Shown here: in pieces, positions 22,624 through 30,867 of the stretch
How positions within the stretch are numbered: the stretch's first letter is position 1
Layout: every line of letters begins with the position of its first letter
Assembly: GCA_020431405.1 (NCBI GenBank)
Contig: JAGQIK010000362.1
Span: forward strand, 9,858-73,857
DNA: 64,000 nucleotides
Source: Myxococcales bacterium
GTDB lineage: Bacteria > Myxococcota_A > Polyangia > GCA-2747355
Direction of reading: 5' to 3'
Made by a program: the position numbers and the translations under genes
Notes under the pieces: model-generated
Database searches by the model: none
What the model saw: the letters and a program-made list of their open reading frames with translations, nothing else
Told to the model about the DNA's origin: nothing

Positions 22624-23457
22624 TTAGCCGCTGGTAGATTGATCCACCCCGGCATCCGCGCTGGGGGCGTCAGGGCCAACATCAGGCGAGGCGTCGGGGC
22701 CGACATCAGGCGAGGCGTCGAGCGCGTCGGTTCCGCCGTCAGGCGACGACGGCGCGATTCCATACAAGCCGACCGCGTCGAGGGTCACGTAGTCCGTGAG
22801 GAAGGGTCTGTTCTTGTGCCGGATCTCGGTATTGACGTGCACTATCAGCTTGTCGACGAGCTGAGTCGTTTGCGTTATCGGGATACGGAAGATGCCTGGG
22901 CAAGCGCGTGTCGGATCGTCGCCCTCCCAGACCGTGAAGGGATCTCCGCCGGCAGCTGCGACGGCCTCGACCTTGATCACTGCTCCCGGATTCTCCACCT
23001 CGACGATCTCGATGCCCGTCGCGAACACGGCCGTGCGGTACGAGAGCGTGATGGTTACCACGCCCGCACGCTGGCTGGCCGGAGCCCAAAGCTCGGGAAG
23101 AAACGAGCAAGCTAGGACATCTGGCTCGCCGACGAGCTGCTCGATGCCAAACGGGGTCTCATCCGGTGGTGCCCCCGGCACTTTGAACTCGCTGGTCCCT
23201 TCGCTGCTGGTGGCCCACTGCTTGAGGTTGGGCAGCTCGGCCATGTTGGCTCTCAGTCGTGGATCGATGGAGCAATAGCTCGTCACCCCGTGGCCGAAAG
23301 CGTGAGAGGGACAGATCAGGTTCTGGCTCTTGTCGCAGTCGTCATCAGTCTTGCAGCGCGCTCCGAGGCTGCCGTCGCCGATCGGCTTGCAGCCCGCGAC
23401 AGCGAGGCCGAACAGTAGACATGCCGAGAGGCTAAAATGCGTACTGTAGCGACGCAT
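22624..23457 (-). CDS. Hypothetical Cys-containing lipoprotein.
   Basis: Start taken at MRRYSTHFSLSACLLFGLAVAGC (lipobox) rather than the track start at 23670, which would overlap the upstream gene by 238 nt. Confidence 0.4.
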   Translation of the reverse strand: MRRYSTHFSLSACLLFGLAVAGCKPIGDGSLGARCKTDDDCDKSQNLICPSHAFGHGVTSYCSIDPRLRANMAELPNLKQWATSSEGTSEFKVPGAPPDETPFGIEQLVGEPDVLACSFLPELWAPASQRAGVVTITLSYRTAVFATGIEIVEVENPGAVIKVEAVAAAGGDPFTVWEGDDPTRACPGIFRIPITQTTQLVDKLIVHVNTEIRHKNRPFLTDYVTLDAVGLYGIAPSSPDGGTDALDASPDVGPDASPDVGPDAPSADAGVDQSTSG

Positions 23458-25564
23458 GAAAAGATCGTCCCTGCGCGGGAATCGAGGCTCCCTGAACGCG
23501 ATAGATAGTACTGGCGTTGAGATCTTCGGTGCGATTGTCGAGCAGATTATACCCGCCGACTTGCAGGCGCCAATAACGCCAGGAGAGGGTAACGACCGCG
23601 GTGAGCTCGATCGCCGGCGGAAGAGCAAAAGAAGCGATCTCGTCATTGCCTGCGCCAGCAGTCCCAGCACGGATCGAGACAGGGTAGACGATAAAGCGAT
23701 CGTCGAAGATGCTCATTCGGTTGCGCACCACGAGGCTCATCCACGTCAGGGGCTTCCACATCGCACCCAGCGTGAAGTTTGTTGGCGGTCCAAGGGTCGC
23801 GAAAGGCAAGGACGTTTCATCGGCCCGGTCGTGAGAGAACATGCCAAACAGGGTAATCCGTGGCTTCAAGCGCAGGCGAAAGGTGCCCTGGAAGGAGTGG
23901 ATCGTGTATGCCTCATCCAGCTGAATCGATTGCGTTTGGTAGCTGCTGCCCGTGACCTGGACTTTGCCGAGGACGTTTTCGAGCCGGATGTACGAGTAGC
24001 CCGCCGAAAGCGACAACGACCGCACGAACCGGTCCCCGAACGCGCGTCGGAGGACCAACTGCGTCGAAAGGACGCGGCTGTGCTCGACCGACGGGTCCTC
24101 TAGCCGTCGAAGGAAGCTGGTCGCGGCGCGAGTCGCCGAAAGAAACGGCGGACGCATTCCCTCGTCGTAGTTGACCTTGAGGTGCAATCCTTCGGCGAGC
24201 TTCGCGACCAGCGCTCCCTTGGGGAGGATCGTGGGCTGGTAGTACTGCTCCGAGGCGGCGTTGAGGCGCGCGCCTGCCGACACGATAATGCGACTCCCGA
24301 TACGGAGCTCGTCGAAGACGTAGACTGAACCGATGAGAATGTTCGCCCCGTCTGTGTAGGGAATGGGGGTGGGCGTGCCCGTAGCAGGCGCCGTAAGCGT
24401 CGTGTCGGACGCAGCAACGAGCAGGCCCTCGACGCCTACGGTCAGTTGGTTGTTTGGAAAGATCTTGCTGGAGAACGTGTCGTTTCTCCGGTACTCGCCG
24501 ATCAGGTCGAGGGTCTGGTAGCTACCCAGGATCACGCCTTCATCGACGAAGCGAGATGGCGTTCCACCGCCGAGGCGTCCCGCATACGAGAAGGGTGTGT
24601 AGCGGTACGACGCCTTGAGCAGCAAGCTGCTGGACTGCGTCAGCTCCGGCGTGTAGCTCAGGTGGACCATTTGAAACGGCTGCGACCAGCGCGTGGCGCG
24701 CCCGTCTATCAGTGGCTGCCCCTGACCGGTGAACGTCTTACGATCCACCTCGACCATCAGCCGGCCATACAGCTCCAGATCGTAGGCTCGCGCTCGAAGC
24801 GACAGCGAAGCAAACGAGTCACTGCGGTTGAGCGTTAGCCGGTCTTGAGTATCGAACTGGGGGACCACGTTGAGAACGACTGTTGGCTGGTAGATCAGCA
24901 GGTCACCGCCGCGCCGCAGCGTCAGCGAGGCGTGTCCGTAGACTGACAAGGGGCCATAGGTGCCACCGTGCGACACCGAGTACTTCTGAAGGCCAAATGA
25001 GCCCAGGCGCACACGCGCCTTTGTACCCTTGTTTCGCTGGCCATCCTTCGTGACGATGTTGACGACGCCGAGCCAGGCGTTGGCACCCCAGAGCACGCCT
25101 CCAGGGCTCGCAAAAATCTCAATGCGGTTCACGACGTCGAGGTCGAGCTGATACTCGATCGGCGTGCTGGCCTGAAACAGATTGTTGATCGGCGTACCGT
25201 TGATCATGATCAACGCCGCGGCGGGCACGCCGCGGGTACGCGCGTTGTCGTGCTCTACGAAATACGCGTAGGTGTAGCCGAAGCCGGGCGTGTTGCGCAG
25301 AACGTCAGCGACGGTGCGGTATCCCAGCGTGACGAGCTCATCCGCCGTGATGACGGTGACGATCGCCGGTACATCATCGACGCTGGCCGCTTGCGGGGTG
25401 GACTGTAGGATCAGGGAGGCGATTTCGTCTTCGCGGGGCCCACTACGCGTCTTGTTGGCCTCCGACTCGACGGTGGCGGGCGGCTTCGCGAGCGCGGTAG
25501 GCAGCAGCAACCCAGTTGCGAGGATTGCTGCCGACCACCGTGCCAGAAGCCTTAGAGGCAGCAC
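23432..25564 (-). CDS. TonB-dependent outer-membrane receptor-like protein.
   Basis: Signal peptide. Plug-domain-like TVITADELVTLGYRTVADVLRNTPGF. 710-aa beta-barrel length. C-terminal aromatic residue (…LQYAF). Confidence 0.5.
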   Translation of the reverse strand: MLPLRLLARWSAAILATGLLLPTALAKPPATVESEANKTRSGPREDEIASLILQSTPQAASVDDVPAIVTVITADELVTLGYRTVADVLRNTPGFGYTYAYFVEHDNARTRGVPAAALIMINGTPINNLFQASTPIEYQLDLDVVNRIEIFASPGGVLWGANAWLGVVNIVTKDGQRNKGTKARVRLGSFGLQKYSVSHGGTYGPLSVYGHASLTLRRGGDLLIYQPTVVLNVVPQFDTQDRLTLNRSDSFASLSLRARAYDLELYGRLMVEVDRKTFTGQGQPLIDGRATRWSQPFQMVHLSYTPELTQSSSLLLKASYRYTPFSYAGRLGGGTPSRFVDEGVILGSYQTLDLIGEYRRNDTFSSKIFPNNQLTVGVEGLLVAASDTTLTAPATGTPTPIPYTDGANILIGSVYVFDELRIGSRIIVSAGARLNAASEQYYQPTILPKGALVAKLAEGLHLKVNYDEGMRPPFLSATRAATSFLRRLEDPSVEHSRVLSTQLVLRRAFGDRFVRSLSLSAGYSYIRLENVLGKVQVTGSSYQTQSIQLDEAYTIHSFQGTFRLRLKPRITLFGMFSHDRADETSLPFATLGPPTNFTLGAMWKPLTWMSLVVRNRMSIFDDRFIVYPVSIRAGTAGAGNDEIASFALPPAIELTAVVTLSWRYWRLQVGGYNLLDNRTEDLNASTIYRVQGASIPAQGRSFHASLQYAF

Positions 25565-25567
25565 TGA

Positions 25568-26215
25568 TTAACCGCCTGAGCCTGCGTCCATGCCACCGTC
25601 ACCCGTCGAGGGCGGCGGGCGGCCGATAAGAATATCGGGGACGGTCGCGGTTCCACCGGCCGTCACAGTGACTTCTTTGAGGCCAGCGTTGGGTCCGGCT
25701 GGCGGAATGCTCAGGTCGTTGGCGCCCGGCGGAGGCGTTGGCGGAGGAGTCTCCTCCATCCACGCGCCGACGTACACTTTCACGCCGGAGGGAACACCGG
25801 TGACGGTGAACGCGACTGCGGAGGCCGCGGTGCTGAGGTCGGCATTGGGGACGTCGATGGTCGCCACGGTCTGCGACAGCGGCGGAGAGCTATTGGCATC
25901 CTGAACGAAGATGCGGATCGTGCCCTTGCAGTCTGTGTCCGCCGTCGTGCCGCACACGAGGTTCGGCGTGGGTTTGACCATACCGGTGAGGGTGCCTGTT
26001 GCGGCGGCTTCGCCGACGGCATCCGGGGCGGTGTCTGGCGAAGCATCGGGCGCGACGTCGGGAGTGGCGTCTGGAGGCGCAGCTTCTTTCGCCGCGTCCT
26101 TGCCCATGTCGGTGCCCGCTTCTGGCTTCGCCGGGTCGTCGTCGCTGCATGCGCCCACGACAAGCAGCAAGCTGAGGGCAGCTAGACAGGTTACAGCATG
26201 ACGTAAGATTCTCAC
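25568..26215 (-). CDS. Pro/Ala-rich lipoprotein (hypothetical).
   Basis: Lipobox LLVVGAC. PDATPDVAPDASPDTAPD repeats. Confidence 0.4.
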   Translation of the reverse strand: MRILRHAVTCLAALSLLLVVGACSDDDPAKPEAGTDMGKDAAKEAAPPDATPDVAPDASPDTAPDAVGEAAATGTLTGMVKPTPNLVCGTTADTDCKGTIRIFVQDANSSPPLSQTVATIDVPNADLSTAASAVAFTVTGVPSGVKVYVGAWMEETPPPTPPPGANDLSIPPAGPNAGLKEVTVTAGGTATVPDILIGRPPPSTGDGGMDAGSGG

Positions 26216-26253
26216 TTGTTTGTCCTCCTATGCGCGGTCAGAGCCGCTTCGAG

Positions 26254-27042
26254 TCATTGCGTCTTACAGCTGGTGCCGTTGGGACAGCAGAGGTGGTAGT
26301 CGTAGCCGAGGCCGCTGATGAAGTTGAAGCACTCGAAGCCTGCGTCGCAGGGCGTCGTGTTGGCGCCGCCGGGATAGGTATCGCACGGGGCGCGGCACAC
26401 GCCGGTCCCCTGACCGCCGTCGGGCACGCAGCGGTGGGGGTATTCGCAGAGCTCGTCTGGGTCGTTGATGTTAAAGACGGCACATGCTTCGCCCAGCTTC
26501 TTGGGTCCAGTAAATGTGCAGGACTTCCCGCCGCTGGCCGGTGAACAGTAGCTGCCTGGCGGGCAGTTGCTGGCGTCGGTGCTCGTGCAATCGATGTTCT
26601 TGAAGCAGCCGGCGGAGAGCAGGTTGGGCGTAGGCAGCTTGATCTGAGTTCCGGCGCAGTCGCCGCCCTTGGTTGGCGACGGGACGCAGGTCTTGATGCA
26701 CGTGAAAATGAACTCGGTCGCTTCGAAGCAGACCTCGGTCGGCCCACAATCCGCGTCCGTGTTACAGCGCTTGCGGGGCACTGTGTGGAACGGCATCGGA
26801 GGCTCCCAGGTGTTGTCGAAGTAGCCGGTCTTCTCGAACTCCGCGCACGTCAGGGGCGTGAACACGTACGCGTCGGGCCGTGGCCCGTCGACGTCTGAGC
26901 CCACGTCCTTGGGCGGCGGTAGGTCGGGACGTAGGATGTCCAAAGCGGTGTCGCCGCGCAGCGGCGCCGCGCGTTTGTCACGATCGCAACCAGCGGCCAT
27001 GCTGATCACGACCGAGAGGAGCAGAATGCGGGACGCAACCAT
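26254..27042 (-). CDS. Cys-rich secreted lipoprotein (hypothetical).
   Basis: Lipobox ISMAAGC. About 28 Cys in 262 aa. Confidence 0.45.
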   Translation of the reverse strand: MVASRILLLSVVISMAAGCDRDKRAAPLRGDTALDILRPDLPPPKDVGSDVDGPRPDAYVFTPLTCAEFEKTGYFDNTWEPPMPFHTVPRKRCNTDADCGPTEVCFEATEFIFTCIKTCVPSPTKGGDCAGTQIKLPTPNLLSAGCFKNIDCTSTDASNCPPGSYCSPASGGKSCTFTGPKKLGEACAVFNINDPDELCEYPHRCVPDGGQGTGVCRAPCDTYPGGANTTPCDAGFECFNFISGLGYDYHLCCPNGTSCKTQ

Positions 27043-27152
27043 GGCGTAAATACTCTCAAAGTTGGGGCAAGCCTGTCAACAATTTGGGGTCTGCGGTGCG
27101 TGCTCGAGCAAGTTGACCGGCGTGCTTTTCGTAAGTCGTGGTACGAACGCGT

Positions 27153-28694
27153 TCAGTAGCTTAACAGCAGGTAGCCCTTCTCCTCGAACCAGCCAAGCTC
27201 GCCCATCTCGAGCTCGTACAGGTACTCGTTGCCGGTCATGTTGCGCTCGACGTTGCGTCGCATGTCCGGCACCAGATCGCGCGCGAGGTAGCGCAGCTGG
27301 TAGAAGCGCTTGACCATGTCAGCGGGCGTGCTGTTCGTGTTGATGTGGGTGAGGTATTCGCGCGGCTTCGCGGCGAACTCCTCCTCGGTGACATATCGCT
27401 TGCTCAGCTGGCTCCAGCGCTGCCAGCCCTCGAGCGTATTCACAAGCACGTCGATGTCGTAGGCGCTCGGGTCGTCCGCAAACTTCGTACCAGGCGTCAC
27501 CATCAGATTCTCGATCCAGTAGATCTGACCGCCGAGCGCGACGACCTCGCGCATGGCTTCGTACGTCTCGCGAAACTCGCTGGCCGTCTCGCCAGGAAGG
27601 TTCGCGATCCAAGCCGTCAGCACCATGCCGCCCATGTCGCTGATCAGTCGCACGGCGTCCAAGATCTGCTCGCGCGACGAGCCGCGTCCAGTTCGCTTGA
27701 GCACCGACTTGGAGGCGCTCTCGCAACCCATCGTGAAGCGGACGAAGCCTCCATCGACCAGATTGCGTACGAGCTCGGGTCGCTTGAACAACACCGGGTG
27801 CGTCTCGAGGCGCACCGTGATGTCGAGGCCTGATGCGGCGAGCGCTTCGGCGAGCTGGCCGACGTAGCGCGGGTAGACGAACTCGCTCTCGCCGAGGAAG
27901 ATCTCTTTGAAGCCCAGTTTCTCGTAGGTGCGGATCTGCTCGATGACCCTGTCTACCGAGACGGTAGAGAGAGGTCGACGAAAGAACGACTGCCGATTGG
28001 CGACGCAGTAGCCGCATTGAAAAGGACAGAGCCCTCGCGCGATGTTGATGAACGCGCCGTAGCCCCACGTCACGTCGTCGAACGGTGGCGCGTCGGCGTT
28101 AACGATGGGCAGCTCCTCCATCGGCACGAGCGATCCGTCAGCCGGTTCGATGTAGCGTGTTCCCTGCGGGGTGCGGTGCCAGGCGCCCGCGACGGTCGTG
28201 TGGTCCTTGCCCGCGAGGGCAGCGCGGGTCAGCTCGAGCGCGGGCACCTCGCCCTCGCCCTGCACGAGCCCGTTGAGCGACGGATAGGTGGCGAGGAACT
28301 TCTCGGCGAAGCACGCACCGAAGATCCCGCCCAGATAGATCAGCGAGTCTGGATGTAGCCGGCGGTACCGCTCGGCGATCTGCGGAGCGCCGTTGCTATA
28401 GAGGTGCCAGTGCGCTTGGATGCCGACCCACGCAGCGGGATGGGCGGCGAGAATCGCGTCCAGGTCCCACTCGAGGTCGTTGTCCTCGACGAACAGGCGC
28501 TCCGAGTCCATGTGCAGCAGCTTCACGCGCAGGCCGTTGTCGTGAAGAAACTGCGCGATCGACAGCATCCCTATCGGTGCGTTCGACTCGAGGGTGAGGC
28601 CCGAGTCTCGAGGTGTTCCATCGGCCTCGTAACCGTGATGGGGTGCGATGAGCAGAGCGTCGTACTCGCCGCCGCGTCCATGAAATGCGACCAC
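27153..28694 (-). CDS. B12-binding (class B) radical SAM enzyme, a putative C-methyltransferase or similar maturase.
   Basis: CPFQCGYC (CxxxCxxC). A …FTMGCESASKSVLKR… radical SAM core. A Rossmann-like N-terminal domain (LTVVAFHGRGGEYDALLIAP…). Start taken as the GTG at 28694, which is preceded by AAGGA. The track ORF extends to 28898, overlapping the YcaO gene. Confidence 0.65.
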   Translation of the reverse strand: MVAFHGRGGEYDALLIAPHHGYEADGTPRDSGLTLESNAPIGMLSIAQFLHDNGLRVKLLHMDSERLFVEDNDLEWDLDAILAAHPAAWVGIQAHWHLYSNGAPQIAERYRRLHPDSLIYLGGIFGACFAEKFLATYPSLNGLVQGEGEVPALELTRAALAGKDHTTVAGAWHRTPQGTRYIEPADGSLVPMEELPIVNADAPPFDDVTWGYGAFINIARGLCPFQCGYCVANRQSFFRRPLSTVSVDRVIEQIRTYEKLGFKEIFLGESEFVYPRYVGQLAEALAASGLDITVRLETHPVLFKRPELVRNLVDGGFVRFTMGCESASKSVLKRTGRGSSREQILDAVRLISDMGGMVLTAWIANLPGETASEFRETYEAMREVVALGGQIYWIENLMVTPGTKFADDPSAYDIDVLVNTLEGWQRWSQLSKRYVTEEEFAAKPREYLTHINTNSTPADMVKRFYQLRYLARDLVPDMRRNVERNMTGNEYLYELEMGELGWFEEKGYLLLSY

Positions 28695-28717
28695 CGTCAG
28701 TCCTTTTGATTCGTCAT

Positions 28718-30850
28718 CTACACGACGGGGGGAGGTAACCAACCCCTGCTCGGCAGCGACGCAACGCCGTGACGCCACAGTCGGGACCGTCCAAGGCGTG
28801 GCGTGCCGAAGTGCAGTGGTAGAAGTCCCGGTACCAACGCCCGCACGACGCGCAGTGACGTGTTGTGCGAAATGTCGGTCGTCGTGATGTCGACCCACTT
28901 CACAGTATGCCCGTGGTCAGCGAGGAAGGCCACGAGTTCGTCCAAGGTGAGCGTACGCGAGCGGCGCGATGAAAAAGCTCCACCTGCTCCACGACCAAAC
29001 CAATCCGCGGTGGAGTGGTGGCCGGGTGTCGCGTAGAGCTTGAGCACTTCCGCCGGCCGTGTCGGATGCTCCATGAGCGGCACCTCGTCGAGAATGCCCG
29101 CGGTAAACAGCCTGCCTACGCTTTCGAGCTCGTCGAGCACATGCTCGATGGCTCCCTCCACATCAGCGCGTGCCGCAGAGGCCAGCCAGCATGCTGGTCC
29201 CGCTGGTGAGTCGATCGGCACGAAGACGAGCGCTCCGAGCACCGTCACGACATCGAGCTGCGTGGTCAAGTCGAGCAGGCGCACGTCCGCGTTCAGCGAC
29301 TGTTCCAGCTGTCGCAGCCGTTGCAGCGCGCCGCCTGGTAACGTTTCGGCGACGATGGTCGGCGGAGCTTTGCCCCGAAGCCACCAGTACAATATGGCGT
29401 CGCGTTCGAGGAGCTCGAGGACAGCGTTTTGGATGGCCGCAGCGAGACGCGTGTGGGCGGCAACGCCGCTGCTCGTGTTGAGCACCATCGGTCTCTCGTG
29501 CCATGGCACTAAGCGCACGAAGTCGTGCGGTACGAGCTGCGCCCCGTCATCGGTCAAGTCGAAACACCAGTTCCAGTCGTAGCCTCGAAGCGGGTCGAAC
29601 GGCTGAGCCAGCAGTTGGGCGCCGTACTGAGATTGGTGATAGAGGGTCAGCTCATCGGGGTCGATGGCTTGCCCTGCCAGTGATTTTTGCGTGTGTGCAC
29701 GCACCGCCGGTGGGACGGAGAACATGCAGTAGCGCTCGACCGCTTCGGCCGCCGCCAGCAACGAGGCGCGCGCCGCGGGAGTGGCGTCGTTCGAGCTCAC
29801 CAGCGGGCCCTGCCAGGTGTTGACTTCGATGTGGTAGCCACTCGCGTCACGCACCGCGGCGTTGAAGATGCCGAGAGCAGGGGCGACCAGCCGCTCGACT
29901 TGACGCTGAACCGAGCGTGGGGGCGCTGCGGGGTCAGTGGGTGTGGCGTACGCGCGAAGTTGTCGTTGGGGCGAAGGCGGGGTCAGCTGATCTGCTCCAC
30001 GGCAAGCGGTGCATAGCGGATGTGAGATCAGGCTGGACACTGATCGCGCGCCATCGATCAGTCGTGTCACTGTCACACGGTCGCCCGGTTGCGCTGAGCA
30101 CGCCCATTGGAGCGTTGCTTCGGCGACGACAAGGCTCGCCATCATCGCCGCTGGTGTGGGGAGCTGTGGCTGTTGCAGCTCCTGGCACAACCCCCAGCGG
30201 AACCATCCCGTCCGAAGCGCGAGACATTCGAAGCAGGTGGGCGTCTTGTCCGTGACGAGCGGACCGACCCATACCTCGCTTCCGACGACGGCGGCAAACA
30301 GCACGCGGGCACGTCCCTGACGCGCCGCGCGGTTTAGCACCAACATCTTTTCGAGCACGGCGGTGTCAGGCGTGGCGAGGATCGCGAGGACCCGTCGCCC
30401 GAGCTTGGTCGAGGTCAGCGAAGCGGTGGCGATTTCCATCGACCCTCGCAACGCCTCCGCGACGCTCTGCGCGATGCGCTCGTCGTCTGCCGCGATGTGC
30501 ACCGTGCCACTGGTCGACCGCGATCTAGTGTCCGGAACCAGATGCCAGTAGGGCGCGGGGCGCTTGACGAGCTGAGCCGAGCCATCGACGGGCAACAACA
30601 CACCCAGCTCGGCGAGCTCCTCCAAGAAGGCTGAGACTTCGTCCGCTGGCAGACCGACACGGCGCGCCGCCACGTCCGCGTTGACCGGCCGTCGCGTGGC
30701 CTGCAGGACGCTCCATAGCGTCTGCACCTGCTGTGCGTCGTCGACGACCATCTCGCGTCCAGGCAGCGCGATCAGCAATTGATTGCCGCTGTGCTCGACA
30801 CATGGCCGCAGCGATACGCGAACGTCGCCTGCCAATCGATAGGTTTGCAT
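28718..30850 (-). CDS. Fused E1-like (leader-peptide-binding) / YcaO-domain protein, PatD/TruD-type cyclodehydratase-like.
   Basis: N-terminal RRE/E1-like region with a CFEC motif. C-terminal YcaO signature SSGVAAHTRLAAAIQNAVLELLERDAILYWW. About 710 aa from the ATG at 30850, which lies 17 nt after the upstream stop. Confidence 0.65.
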   Translation of the reverse strand: MQTYRLAGDVRVSLRPCVEHSGNQLLIALPGREMVVDDAQQVQTLWSVLQATRRPVNADVAARRVGLPADEVSAFLEELAELGVLLPVDGSAQLVKRPAPYWHLVPDTRSRSTSGTVHIAADDERIAQSVAEALRGSMEIATASLTSTKLGRRVLAILATPDTAVLEKMLVLNRAARQGRARVLFAAVVGSEVWVGPLVTDKTPTCFECLALRTGWFRWGLCQELQQPQLPTPAAMMASLVVAEATLQWACSAQPGDRVTVTRLIDGARSVSSLISHPLCTACRGADQLTPPSPQRQLRAYATPTDPAAPPRSVQRQVERLVAPALGIFNAAVRDASGYHIEVNTWQGPLVSSNDATPAARASLLAAAEAVERYCMFSVPPAVRAHTQKSLAGQAIDPDELTLYHQSQYGAQLLAQPFDPLRGYDWNWCFDLTDDGAQLVPHDFVRLVPWHERPMVLNTSSGVAAHTRLAAAIQNAVLELLERDAILYWWLRGKAPPTIVAETLPGGALQRLRQLEQSLNADVRLLDLTTQLDVVTVLGALVFVPIDSPAGPACWLASAARADVEGAIEHVLDELESVGRLFTAGILDEVPLMEHPTRPAEVLKLYATPGHHSTADWFGRGAGGAFSSRRSRTLTLDELVAFLADHGHTVKWVDITTTDISHNTSLRVVRALVPGLLPLHFGTPRLGRSRLWRHGVASLPSRGWLPPPVV

Positions 30851-30867
30851 CGAGCAGCTACGAAGCG

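Noticed and set aside
23457-23670. N-terminal 71-aa extension of the lipoprotein 22624..23670.
   Set aside because: It would overlap the 3' end of the TonB-dependent receptor by 238 nt. The internal Met yields a canonical lipobox signal peptide.
27153-28898. Longer start for the second radical SAM gene (track ORF 581 aa).
   Set aside because: It would overlap the YcaO gene by 180 nt. A GTG at 28694 has an AAGGA Shine-Dalgarno and leaves a 23-nt gap, so that start is preferred. The longer form is not excluded.
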